Shown here piece by piece: positions 26,917-36,952 of a stretch of DNA of 64,000 nt; positions within the stretch are counted from its first letter, which is position 1; every line of letters begins with the position of its first letter. Source of the stretch: a virus; IMG/VR virus record IMGVR_UViG_3300025133_000032; one strand, given 5' to 3'. Position numbers and translations under genes: made by a program. A model generated the notes under the pieces. It saw only the letters and a program-made list of their open reading frames with translations. It had not been told where the DNA came from and did no database searches.

Positions 26917-27492
26917 TTATGCAGGATCACCCAGCCCTAGATTGCAAGCCTCAGCAATAACGTAAGCATCAACTTTATCCAAACAATATGGCTGAACTTT
27001 CTTATTCCTATTCAGCTCCCAAACTTCATGCTTAAAAACTGAGTTGGAAAGATATTCAAACGTCTGCTCTTTTTGATTCTTACCTCCAGCTTTCTTCTTT
27101 GATAGTAATGGAATACCAATTGCTTTACGTGCCGCTGTTGCGTCTATATAGATTGGGTCAATTAAAAACAGTTCACGTGCAAAATATGATACCATGATGT
27201 TAAATTTTGCAAGCAAAGCAATCGTGTTCGCAGATGACATACCACGTCTGAATTTCTTTACTGGATCTTCTATCGCTAGTTTCGTTATTGAGAAGTTGTA
27301 TAAATCAATGTCATACTTTAGAGCTTTTAATGATTCTTTCGTGATGTCAACTTTACCCCAGAAACCAGATTTAACTTTTCTAAGGTCGATATAACCCATT
27401 TTAGCCGGATACGATAGAAGCAGATTCGATTCTTCTAATATAGACCATCCGATTACGCTTGTGCTAACATCTAACGCCAGTATATAGCTCAT
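26917..27492 (-). CDS. RuvC-like Holliday junction resolvase
   Basis: ILALDVSTSVIGWSI, LAIED, ARKAIG, KEQ, DKVDAYVIA. Confidence 0.85.
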   Translation of the reverse strand: MSYILALDVSTSVIGWSILEESNLLLSYPAKMGYIDLRKVKSGFWGKVDITKESLKALKYDIDLYNFSITKLAIEDPVKKFRRGMSSANTIALLAKFNIMVSYFARELFLIDPIYIDATAARKAIGIPLLSKKKAGGKNQKEQTFEYLSNSVFKHEVWELNRNKKVQPYCLDKVDAYVIAEACNLGLGDPA

Positions 27493-27549
27493 GCATAATA
27501 ATACACATAGGTTTGCTGGATGGTAAATTACCTGTGTATGTCTTTGCTG

Positions 27550-29013
27550 CTAATAATTATTGTCTGCAGCAAATTTCACAGAATCATTTTTATCTTTTCT
27601 AAGCATAACAACAATTTCATCTGGTGTCGAGAGATTTTCGGCGACGTTGCGCCTGACACCTGCGTTACTACTCTTTGCTAAAATTTCGTAAATGTCAAAT
27701 CCGAGGGCCGGTCGGCGTGATAGTGCGGAGGTAACAAATGGAATATCATTTGTCGCAAGTATCTTAAAAACTTCATGCGAAGCATTTTTATTATTTAAGA
27801 CAGCATACTGGATCGATTGGTTGGGACGTTTGGCAAGCATGGTGATTGTTTTCGGATCTGTAACAGTCATTGCAGCTTGAGCTAGAAGATCTTTATCATC
27901 GCCGTCTATAAATGTCATTAATACTTGCTCGGGTGTCGAAGGGTTACGAGCAACGCCGCGACGCACAAACCAGTTATCATCAGAAGCCAATGTAGCAAGA
28001 AGCTCTGGAGGTGTGCGAGAACTATGAGATGCTTCTTCTCGCACACCCTCATTTTCGCTTGTTGTCATCTTTGTTAAAGCCGGTATTATAATTTCGTTGG
28101 TATAATCACTAACTTCACCAGATAATTTATTACCTGCTGATTCTAATGAACTCAATAAAGCTAAAATTGCTGGGACTCGCATGCCTTTAACGAGCTTTTT
28201 AAATCTTGAGACTGACGTTACTGCTTTCTTGATATCTTTTATTGCTGGGTGCTCTTTTACTTTTTTTGAATGCAGTGTAATAGCATTTATAATGTCTTCT
28301 TCTTCTTCTTCGAACTCAAAACTAAAATCAAAATCATCGTTATCTTCGTCAACTGTTACAGAACCATACTCAGGCTCTTGTACTTCGCCATTGACTGCCC
28401 CAATTGACCACTTTCTTTTTTTATCATGCTTGTCAAGAACATAATAAAGAATGACGCCATCATTTATTATGTAATTGTAAAATAAGTTCTCACCTTTGGT
28501 CCTTGCTGTGCACCATGCCGTGCCGCGCCCAAGCGCGCACGAAGCATCAAGGCTTCGGGGCATCAAAACAACAAAATTGTCTGATTCATAAACTTTGTCA
28601 GCATCGCCAGATGCTGCCTTGAAATCTATCTTAGAATCATCAGGAAGCTCTTCAAGCTTCCGATGAAGATCCCCAGGGGTCTTATAGGCGTTAATATCTG
28701 TGTCTTTTCCCTTTAACTTCTGCCTGCTTTTAGCTTTGTCGAAAGAAATGATTAAAGGTGAAATATCTCTTAGGGGCTCTTGATTTGAACGTGAAACACG
28801 TTCAAGCCACGTGAGGTATTGTTTTAGTTTAGCTTGGGGGAGGATTTGAAGTTTCTCGAAAACTTCATCCCATTCTTCAGAATGTCTATCAGATCTTGCT
28901 TTAATGTCATCAATGGTGCCTTCTGTAAGAAGGCAATTTATTAGCTCTTTCAAGCTAGTTTCTACCAGCTGATTTGAAATTGCTTCCCGAAGTTCTCTAA
29001 TCGTGATGAGCAT
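27550..29013 (-). CDS. Paralogue of 25268..26887: leader + PcfJ-like (WCT) domain + ~7 degenerate LRV/HEAT-like repeats
   Basis: MLITIRELREAISNQLVE; ASCALGRGTAWCTA; VRRGVARNPSTP, VRRNVAENLSTP; long near-identical DNA blocks shared with the other copy. Confidence 0.75.
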   Translation of the reverse strand: MLITIRELREAISNQLVETSLKELINCLLTEGTIDDIKARSDRHSEEWDEVFEKLQILPQAKLKQYLTWLERVSRSNQEPLRDISPLIISFDKAKSRQKLKGKDTDINAYKTPGDLHRKLEELPDDSKIDFKAASGDADKVYESDNFVVLMPRSLDASCALGRGTAWCTARTKGENLFYNYIINDGVILYYVLDKHDKKRKWSIGAVNGEVQEPEYGSVTVDEDNDDFDFSFEFEEEEEDIINAITLHSKKVKEHPAIKDIKKAVTSVSRFKKLVKGMRVPAILALLSSLESAGNKLSGEVSDYTNEIIIPALTKMTTSENEGVREEASHSSRTPPELLATLASDDNWFVRRGVARNPSTPEQVLMTFIDGDDKDLLAQAAMTVTDPKTITMLAKRPNQSIQYAVLNNKNASHEVFKILATNDIPFVTSALSRRPALGFDIYEILAKSSNAGVRRNVAENLSTPDEIVVMLRKDKNDSVKFAADNNY

Positions 29014-29125
29014 GTAGTATTATATATTGACGTTACATCGTAAATCATTGAATTTTATGCCTTAGTACCCAATACATATGAGGTTAAAGTTAACTAGATG
29101 ATGATACATGAACACTGGTGAAACA

Positions 29126-29699
29126 TCAGGATATATACCCCAGCCCGCCTAAAAATTTATTAACCTCACCCTGTGACATTTCTCCAAGATCGCCAAATTC
29201 TTCTGGGATTGTATGAGCTTTGTTACCATATTTTGCTAGCTTTGCTCCAGCTTTGCCCTTATCCAATATAGCAATCAATGGTCGGTTCAAGGCCATAAAA
29301 AATGATTTTAAGTAGTGGGGATCGTTAGATAACACAGCGATACAAGGGAACCCAGCATTTAAGATTTTGATCGCATCAAAAATACCTTCAGTTATGAATA
29401 TTGTAGCAGTAGACAGCTCAAGATACTCAAGACCCCAAACAAGAAGCTTTTTCTTGCCTTTTCTACGGAGTGGATCACCTTCCAAACCGGCATACGTAAA
29501 GTATTTTAGTTCACTCTTGCAAGTTACGCCTTCTATGTGTAATGATTTTGCTCGTGCTGGATTATATTGTTGGTAACCTGCAAGTTGTCCTGACATGTTC
29601 CAGATCGGAAACGTCGCTATACCCTCTATCTCATTCAAATACACATTAATAGATGTTGTGTCAACCCCCCCTGCTGAGGAGGTGATCTCTTATGCTCAC
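29126..29699 (-). CDS. TOPRIM-domain primase-like protein; 5' end disrupted by an extra G in a G7 run (29665-29671)
   Basis: FITEGIFDA, AVLSND, ILDKG; GAGGA Shine-Dalgarno + GTG 29699 reads MSIRDHLLSRG and joins the 29644 ORF frame if one G is removed. Confidence 0.75.
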
Positions 29700-29752
29700 A
29701 ATTTCTTCCTCACGTTGATATGACATATCATCATTGTATCACGAGTTATAAC

Positions 29753-30184
29753 TTATTGCAACAATTCTGGTGCATGATATTTTTTGGTGTAAGTATTTTT
29801 TAGAGCTTCAAAGTCATTCTTTAATAAAAGATATAAGCGATATTCAGTACAAGAATATTCTATGTCATGTAAATAATAATAAGCATCCATGATGTAGCAA
29901 TCCTTGCTCAAGACAACTTCAGCAGGACCATCTTCTCTATGGAGATTGCCGCTTCTTCTATATATTAGAAATTGTAAAGATCCATCATCGTGGTACTTGA
30001 TATATGATGGCCCATGCATACGATGTAATACACCATCCATGAAATACAATAAAGCCTCTACATTTCCCGTTAAGGAAAAGCACTCAGTGACAGATGCTGC
30101 TCCAATGGCCCAGTTCCTGCGATACTTATCAGTGCTATCGCTAACCACATTTTTATGCGATTTAATCTCACAATAATAAACCAT
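29753..30184 (-). CDS. HRxDGPA-repeat (MORN/YwqK-like) protein
   Basis: GVLHRMHGPS and GNLHREDGPA repeats. Confidence 0.7.
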   Translation of the reverse strand: MVYYCEIKSHKNVVSDSTDKYRRNWAIGAASVTECFSLTGNVEALLYFMDGVLHRMHGPSYIKYHDDGSLQFLIYRRSGNLHREDGPAEVVLSKDCYIMDAYYYLHDIEYSCTEYRLYLLLKNDFEALKNTYTKKYHAPELLQ

Positions 30185-30216
30185 ATTATTATAACGCGGG
30201 CTATAACTTATTACAA

Positions 30217-32607
30217 CTAAAAATCGACCTTCGTTCTAAATAACAATTTATCACTATCTCGTTTTATTATAGGCTGAGCGAAGCGCGTCTTCATGATGAC
30301 ATTTAAGTTATCATCATGAAAATTAAGACCAGTGATGTATACAAATTTTGCATCAGTTTCATGAGCTAAATTAGATGCTGAAACTGGTATATATGATGGA
30401 TTTGATGATGAATTAAATTCGCCTGCCCTTGCTGGAACGTGAATTCTCATCATGTGAATGTTTTGCTCACCAGCTAAACTGATTTCGTATTTATCTTTCC
30501 CAAAAAATGGAATATTCGGCGTCTTGACAACAGCTAAGCCCTCATTGTAGAAAATATTTCCGATGTTATTCCATGTTGCATGTTTTGTCTTTGAATCTGC
30601 CCTATACAACCCGCCATTAGAATTATCGCGTATCGTTATAGAAACTTTCCCATTTGTGCCAGTTATATTTGAATCAGTCGCTATGAATGTTCCAGGGTCA
30701 ATCTTATTGCCATATAAGATATTACTGATGTCAAAGAATACAACTTCATTCGATGAATTATCTCGTGTTCTTTGGTATACAGTATGAACAGCTCCAGGTG
30801 CAATGCCTACAGCCTCTGGGTTCGCGCCGGCCATCGTTTCAAAAAATGAACCTGAGTCAAAAATTAAACCATCGAATAACGTTGATGTTGGGATCATATT
30901 ATTTAGTGTTATTAAACTATAATCCAAGTTCCCAAGATCATTTACATATTTATCATGAGCGCAACCTGATTGTGGGCATACATCACTTGCTCCTGATGCA
31001 AGCAAGCTAAAATCAGGAATGAATAAGCCATTGTCGTTAGGTAGCACAGTGACATTTCTTTTCCTCAACGAGCCTGTAGCGTATGTAAACTGGTTTGCGC
31101 TTAATGCCTGTGTGGGACCAGTTATCTGTGTACCAGAGAGGTTAAGAAGGCGTGGAAAGTTGCTTGTGATTAAGTCTTTTGTAAAATTTTCTAGATTTAG
31201 CAGATGACCTGCAAGCCCAAAAGAGTACGCAGTATTAAAGGGTGTATCCGTCGTACCAGAAATCGCTATAAAGGGAGTTTGTAGTATACCTCCCCTTACC
31301 GCACCAGCTACGCTTGTCCCTTGTGGGCTTCTCGTTGGTGAGCCTTTTGTAAAAAATGGGGGAACATAAAAAATGATACTCCCAGTTTCAGTTGAACCAG
31401 TATGGGCAGAATATTGCAGTTGTTCGCTAGTTCTGTATGTGTTATGTATCTTTAGCTCATGAACTTCGGCGTTTAGTGGGTGCGAAAATGTATATGCCTG
31501 TGGACCATCAGTTGCCGCGTTTCCGTTATCGATTAGCTGGACCAGCCCTTCGCGCTTTCGTATATTTTGATTAAAGAATAATGCTTGATTGCTGTTTCCA
31601 GAGTTGTTTCCTTCATAAAAATTGCCAACGCACAAAACGTCTGGATTACCAGCAGAAAATGGTGCTGGAGCAATAGTAGCAGAAGGAAATACAAATGTAC
31701 CTTTCTCTAAGCCATCTATAACAAATGAACCTGTTCTGCTATTTGTATTTTCTGCCCATCTAATACCAACATGATGCCAATGATTTCTTTTAAGCGAATG
31801 CTCATCAGATAAATATGTCTGATCAGGAAGTGCTGAGAGATCTATTGATGAGGGAGATGTATCTGCGCCACCTGATACTTGTAGCAGTATTCTATAGCTT
31901 GATACACGGTTTGTTGAGTCGCGTCCAGAGCCTGATACTATTGATACTGCATAACTAGAAGACAGGTGAAATAATGTGCCTGCTGGGTATTCATCAAACT
32001 GCTTGTCCGTCGTATATCTTGGATTTATATAGAACTCGAATGTGAATGCACCATCCAACATATAAGAACCTGATGCAGCGCTGTTAGAGCTAGCAGACGA
32101 AGAGTTTGGGTATAATAACACAGAGTCAGTCGGGACAGATGATGCAGTAAAGAAATTTAGTGTATGATAATTTGTGTATGCCCAATGTGATGAAGGCTGG
32201 ATATCCCTATAATATGGAAACAGTAAATTCTTTACTATATTTTTCTTACCAGTATCAGAAGTGAACTTCGTAGAAGGTTCAAATCTAGTAATCTGGCGGG
32301 TCGTCTGCTTCGCTATAGAGCGTACACTTGCGTTTACAGAACTAAGGTATGCTGCCATTTCACTTGAGATGTCAGATGTACCTTTATTTACCGCTGTGGC
32401 AAGAATTTGTTCTATATTATTGTCATTAAACACACTTCCAGAAAATGTTGAAAGTGTGTTTAACTCTTTTTCTATTTTTGAACTTCGAGCAAAAAGTGAA
32501 ACTGATCCAGTTACACCATCAGTCGACGATGATATAAACGTTCTACGAGGGTTCGTTTGCAACGTAAATTGTTCAACATCGTCCTTTCCGACGTATTGAA
32601 TAGCCAT
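30217..32607 (-). CDS. Tail/baseplate protein with LamG-like domain and C-terminal DUF3751-like segment
   Basis: FTFEFYINP, NHWHHVGIRW (LamG); ends YITGLNFHDDNLNVIMKTRFAQPIIKR...KVDF. Confidence 0.7.
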   Translation of the reverse strand: MAIQYVGKDDVEQFTLQTNPRRTFISSSTDGVTGSVSLFARSSKIEKELNTLSTFSGSVFNDNNIEQILATAVNKGTSDISSEMAAYLSSVNASVRSIAKQTTRQITRFEPSTKFTSDTGKKNIVKNLLFPYYRDIQPSSHWAYTNYHTLNFFTASSVPTDSVLLYPNSSSASSNSAASGSYMLDGAFTFEFYINPRYTTDKQFDEYPAGTLFHLSSSYAVSIVSGSGRDSTNRVSSYRILLQVSGGADTSPSSIDLSALPDQTYLSDEHSLKRNHWHHVGIRWAENTNSRTGSFVIDGLEKGTFVFPSATIAPAPFSAGNPDVLCVGNFYEGNNSGNSNQALFFNQNIRKREGLVQLIDNGNAATDGPQAYTFSHPLNAEVHELKIHNTYRTSEQLQYSAHTGSTETGSIIFYVPPFFTKGSPTRSPQGTSVAGAVRGGILQTPFIAISGTTDTPFNTAYSFGLAGHLLNLENFTKDLITSNFPRLLNLSGTQITGPTQALSANQFTYATGSLRKRNVTVLPNDNGLFIPDFSLLASGASDVCPQSGCAHDKYVNDLGNLDYSLITLNNMIPTSTLFDGLIFDSGSFFETMAGANPEAVGIAPGAVHTVYQRTRDNSSNEVVFFDISNILYGNKIDPGTFIATDSNITGTNGKVSITIRDNSNGGLYRADSKTKHATWNNIGNIFYNEGLAVVKTPNIPFFGKDKYEISLAGEQNIHMMRIHVPARAGEFNSSSNPSYIPVSASNLAHETDAKFVYITGLNFHDDNLNVIMKTRFAQPIIKRDSDKLLFRTKVDF

Positions 32608-32626
32608 TTTTTACTCCAGTGTTGTA

Positions 32627-33037
32627 TTAATCAGTTAAACCTGAGCCAGTCAACGCAGCCATATGTTTACTAGGGATTACTGTAAGTTCAGCAGCAACTT
32701 CAAATACTGCATTTGCCGAGCCATCGGCAAGTGATACCCACATCTGTTTTGCCATAACCTTAAACGTCGAAGAATTACTTGCTGAGGGTATTGTCGCGTA
32801 GTGCAATCCCGCCTCAACTCGTCCTGACGTCAGATCATTAAAATGAACTCTGATTGCTTGATCAGATTTGTTAGTTACCCTGATCTCTTTCGTTACATAG
32901 GGAAAATCTAATCTTTGTTGGGCGTTGTTGTTGCCAAAACTTGCTGCTAGTAGTGTCGAGCCTGTCATGTATGGAACTCCAGTAACCTGGTGAGAACCAA
33001 CATTAAACAGACCCGCTGAGTGCCAATTAAGTGTCAT
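32627..33037 (-). CDS. Small beta-rich virion protein
   Basis: 136 aa in the tail operon; FPYVTKEIRVTN. Confidence 0.6.
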   Translation of the reverse strand: MTLNWHSAGLFNVGSHQVTGVPYMTGSTLLAASFGNNNAQQRLDFPYVTKEIRVTNKSDQAIRVHFNDLTSGRVEAGLHYATIPSASNSSTFKVMAKQMWVSLADGSANAVFEVAAELTVIPSKHMAALTGSGLTD

Positions 33038-33046
33038 ACTTTTTCC

Positions 33047-34273
33047 TTAAAAATCCAATCTGATGCGAAGAGAAAGATCCTTCTCGTCGTTTTTTTCAAC
33101 TGGGCGTGACAGCTTTGCTACAGCAAGCATATTGCTATTTGCATCATAAAGCCCAACAGATGTTATAAATGTAAATGAACGTTGCGTTTCTTCTTGCCCA
33201 ACATCAATAACTGTAATCTTGTTATCAGAATCAACGAATGATGTATTCGATGAATAATTAAACTCATCTGCCGATGCTCTAGCAAAGTACAACGTCGAAT
33301 TAATGTTTGTCAAATTCTGGAATGCCATAGCAGTTTCAGAGCCAGAACTAAATCGTGTAGAGCAAAAGTGATCGATGATGTTATCAACAGAACCTGATGT
33401 TAGAAAGTCCGGAATAAATTTTGCCCGAGGATTGCCGCCCTTGGGCCCACCAATAACAGTCTGTCCAGCTTGAGGCACAGCACCTGCACCATTCAACGCA
33501 GAAATAGCACCTGTTACTAATTGTGATGATGATATAATTTTTGCGAGGTCAAGTACAACCACACCTTGGTCATTAAACATCAACCCAACTGTTCTTGAGG
33601 TATCAGATGAATCTACGATGTTTGATACCTGACCGCCGAAAGTTACTTCTTTCGTTATTGCCGCACCTGTATCTGTGAAAATAACTGAGCCTGATTCTGA
33701 CGTCGTCGCTAAATTAGGTGTCGTCGGTTGTGATGCACCAAGAGGAGCATAAGCAGCAGATTGAAAGAACTTCATTGCGAAGGTTTCTCTCTTTATCTGA
33801 TCGCGATGAAATAAGCGTTTGTAGCATATAAAGAGAGCGTCATCTAGTTGATCAGACGTTGACATAGAATTTAGTGGCGCAACGAATTGTGCTGTAGATT
33901 CTCCTAAAAGGTTCTGCGCAAATTGTTTATAAACACTAACTTTTTCTCTCATCATTAAAGATGTAGATGGGAACAGCAGCTTACCAGCTGAATCTTCGCC
34001 AGTTTTAGCATCTTGAACTGTAGAACCAGAGTAAAACAAGCCAACCGTCATGTCAAAAATCGGGTTTGCTGTTTGAAGTGTAAAGTCTTGATCATAGACA
34101 GTCTGAAAGAGTGATGATGTGACCCCGGGCCCCACACCTCCCGTGACAAAAACTTGATGTCTTTGACGTGTTGTAGAACCTGATATATCTTCTTGCGTAA
34201 TATCAACTAACTGGTTAAGAAAATTCTTAACTGTTTTAACGTCTGACTGCTTTAATTCTTTAAATACTGACAT
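33047..34273 (-). CDS. Tail/baseplate protein with C-terminal DUF3751-like segment
   Basis: Ends FITSVGLYDANSNMLAVAKLSRPVEK...RIRLDF. Confidence 0.7.
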   Translation of the reverse strand: MSVFKELKQSDVKTVKNFLNQLVDITQEDISGSTTRQRHQVFVTGGVGPGVTSSLFQTVYDQDFTLQTANPIFDMTVGLFYSGSTVQDAKTGEDSAGKLLFPSTSLMMREKVSVYKQFAQNLLGESTAQFVAPLNSMSTSDQLDDALFICYKRLFHRDQIKRETFAMKFFQSAAYAPLGASQPTTPNLATTSESGSVIFTDTGAAITKEVTFGGQVSNIVDSSDTSRTVGLMFNDQGVVVLDLAKIISSSQLVTGAISALNGAGAVPQAGQTVIGGPKGGNPRAKFIPDFLTSGSVDNIIDHFCSTRFSSGSETAMAFQNLTNINSTLYFARASADEFNYSSNTSFVDSDNKITVIDVGQEETQRSFTFITSVGLYDANSNMLAVAKLSRPVEKNDEKDLSLRIRLDF

Positions 34274-34279
34274 TTTTTA

Positions 34280-34978
34280 TCATCCTGTTTTTGAGATTCG
34301 AACTTCGAACTCTTTAACAGTCCCGCTGTGCAAACCAGAAATTTTCACGAACGTCCTAATTTGACTTTTATCTTGTAGTGTACCGAAAACATCAAATTGT
34401 GCATCAGTAATTGCTTTAAGTTCAAGTGTGAATGTTAATCTAGAACCGCCGAGTGCTGTCTGTGCAGCATCACGTGGTAATAAGTATTTAGCACGTTGGT
34501 TTGAGTTAATGTCATCAGGTGTATTTCCTGCAACTTGTAAGAATAAATTACTTACCTCAATCTCGAATGCTTGATCTCTCAGTTCAACGTCAATTGAACT
34601 TTCATTTAAAATAGTTTGTTCTACGACCTGTCTAGTCTGCCGCGTTGATGAGCGACCCATATCTATTAAAGAAGCGCCACCAACAAGCGACATCGAGGGA
34701 AATCTAATTAAGTTTGGATTCGAAACACTTACAAGTCTATGTTTTTGTGCTAGATTACTATTCGTAATAGCTTCAAAGATCGGTGTATTTTTTTCGATCT
34801 TTTCTTTCCCTACGGTTCTACCGAACTCTTTGATTATCCCATAATCAATTTCGTCGTCGCCGAAAGCAAACTTCACAACAGAAAATGACCCGTCGTTACG
34901 TGACAAAAATTGCCGGCCTGTATCTGTTAAAACTGCATCTAACAGTATGTTATTTGTCGCATGATTTAAAAAACCCAT
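34280..34978 (-). CDS. Tail/baseplate protein with N-terminal DUF3751-like segment
   Basis: DAVLTDTGRQFLS...VKFAFGDDEIDY; GGAG Shine-Dalgarno. Confidence 0.7.
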   Translation of the reverse strand: MGFLNHATNNILLDAVLTDTGRQFLSRNDGSFSVVKFAFGDDEIDYGIIKEFGRTVGKEKIEKNTPIFEAITNSNLAQKHRLVSVSNPNLIRFPSMSLVGGASLIDMGRSSTRQTRQVVEQTILNESSIDVELRDQAFEIEVSNLFLQVAGNTPDDINSNQRAKYLLPRDAAQTALGGSRLTFTLELKAITDAQFDVFGTLQDKSQIRTFVKISGLHSGTVKEFEVRISKTG

Positions 34979-35053
34979 GTTGTTATCGTCTCCATTTTAA
35001 AAATCTTCTTTAATATATGTACTTTACATAAAATCTATTAGATTGATAAATAA

Positions 35054-36952
35054 TTATATCGTCCTACGAGTTCCTTGCCCAGAATTTGCGTTTATATCTG
35101 AGGGAGTTGTGTTTCGTCGGTCTTTCACAGTTATATCTACACTTGCTTGCTTCTGCACGTCAGTATTTATAATCTGTAGTTTGTACTTTTCGTCAGCAGG
35201 ACCTGTAGCGATTAAATCTAACCCATTCCCGTTCTTGTCGTTTACCTCAAGAAATTCAGGGTCAAAAACGACAGTAACCCTGGAGTGTCCAGAGCTCTTT
35301 ATTGTGTCCATGAATAAGTCAGTTGATAGCATCATATTCGGATATGCTTTCGGGGCCCCAGATGATGACACAAGTTCTTTCGTCAATTTATTTGCGAATC
35401 TATCAAATTTAACATCAAACTGCATTGAGTAATTTGATGTTAAACCATGAGCATCAACGGAACACAATGCGTAGATAGCGGATGAATCTTTTCCAAACCC
35501 AAGATCTGTATATAATGTTGAAGGTGACTTTAATACTTCAACACTGCTAGCAGCCGGCGTCTCTAAATTTCCAAACTTGATAGCTGCATCGTTAAAATCA
35601 AGCTCATGTATAAGCTGGAATGCAGATGCTATCGTATTTCTTTTAAATACTTGGAACTTTTTTATATCTCTCTGTGTGTTAGTTGGAAATGACCACATTA
35701 GTGTAGGCGCTCTCTGTTTGTAGTCCCATGTAATACAAAAATCGACAGGTGGTGGCGGAGGAACGTTTTCAACACAAGAAACCGTAATTCGTTTACTTCT
35801 TCTTGATGCAATTAGCCCAACTGCGTTAACGACCTCAGTAGAATCATCATTTGTCGCCCTGACTGTGACTTCTGCAATGGTTCTTATAGTATAGACATAG
35901 ACTTTCCCGTATGCAACTTTAGAATCTACAGCGACGGTTGATGTATGCCCGTTAAGTATAATCGATTCTCTTTTAACTGGCGTCAACCCATTTTGCAGTT
36001 CATACTTTTCTATGACATACCCTAGAATTCTGCTGCCTGTAATGATGTCAGTTGCATCAACTGGTTGAACTCTTATTGCTTCGAATAATGAATCAAATTC
36101 GTCTTTGTTTATCACATTTGGTGTTGCCACTGATAGTGCATGTTGTTGTCTAGATACGGCATCAGAAAGAATCTGCGAAAACTCATCGCTGAAGTTGCTC
36201 ATATTGTCATTTACTACAGAACTAACGACAGTACCGACTATTTTATTGTTGAACTGTGCTTTGATCGTTACATCTTTAACTGCTTCGAAAGTATCATTTA
36301 TCAGCTCCGTTGTTTTCTCGTCATCGATAAAAGACAACTTTAAGATTTGTATTTTGTCCAATGCTGCAGAAACCAAATTATCTGATACTTGGCCTGACGT
36401 CTGCTCTGCTAATGCTTTAGCTGCATCTAACAATGAGTGCTCATCAGTTAAACCATCTATTATTGTTGTTGTTTGGTCTTCTATTTGTGCAAGCTTAAGT
36501 CTATTATGAGATGTTACTCTTTTTGCTATTGAGCCAGATACAATCGTTTTAAACTTTCTATCAGAGTTATCATCTTGAAATGACATCCCTAGAAATGAGT
36601 TATTCGAGAATGATTCCTCAGTTTGAATTGATTGGATATTATCTTCTATGTCTGTTGCAAACCCAGCACCCGCGTGCTCTTGTGTAGTAACGAATTCATT
36701 TTGGCGAGTAGCGAATGGCTGGACTGGGCAAAAACTAAACCTCACGAACCTTGGATTCGATTTTGCGATCAAATCTATTCTCTTGTCATTCAGTACTTGA
36801 CCAGGAACTTCCAGCAGTCTTGCAGGGACAGTACCCCCATCATTAGTCATCTCATCCCTAGTAAAGAAATTATACTGAAATTTTGCCCTGAATGCAGTAA
36901 CTTCAGGCACGTCTGCTAATGTTACTCTTGATGATGGAAATGAAACCGTCAT
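35054..36952 (-). CDS. Putative structural protein with Ig/FN3-like C-terminal domains
   Basis: GYVIEK...VDSKVAYGKVYVYTIR; PPPPVDF...LMWSFP. Confidence 0.6.
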   Translation of the reverse strand: MTVSFPSSRVTLADVPEVTAFRAKFQYNFFTRDEMTNDGGTVPARLLEVPGQVLNDKRIDLIAKSNPRFVRFSFCPVQPFATRQNEFVTTQEHAGAGFATDIEDNIQSIQTEESFSNNSFLGMSFQDDNSDRKFKTIVSGSIAKRVTSHNRLKLAQIEDQTTTIIDGLTDEHSLLDAAKALAEQTSGQVSDNLVSAALDKIQILKLSFIDDEKTTELINDTFEAVKDVTIKAQFNNKIVGTVVSSVVNDNMSNFSDEFSQILSDAVSRQQHALSVATPNVINKDEFDSLFEAIRVQPVDATDIITGSRILGYVIEKYELQNGLTPVKRESIILNGHTSTVAVDSKVAYGKVYVYTIRTIAEVTVRATNDDSTEVVNAVGLIASRRSKRITVSCVENVPPPPPVDFCITWDYKQRAPTLMWSFPTNTQRDIKKFQVFKRNTIASAFQLIHELDFNDAAIKFGNLETPAASSVEVLKSPSTLYTDLGFGKDSSAIYALCSVDAHGLTSNYSMQFDVKFDRFANKLTKELVSSSGAPKAYPNMMLSTDLFMDTIKSSGHSRVTVVFDPEFLEVNDKNGNGLDLIATGPADEKYKLQIINTDVQKQASVDITVKDRRNTTPSDINANSGQGTRRTI

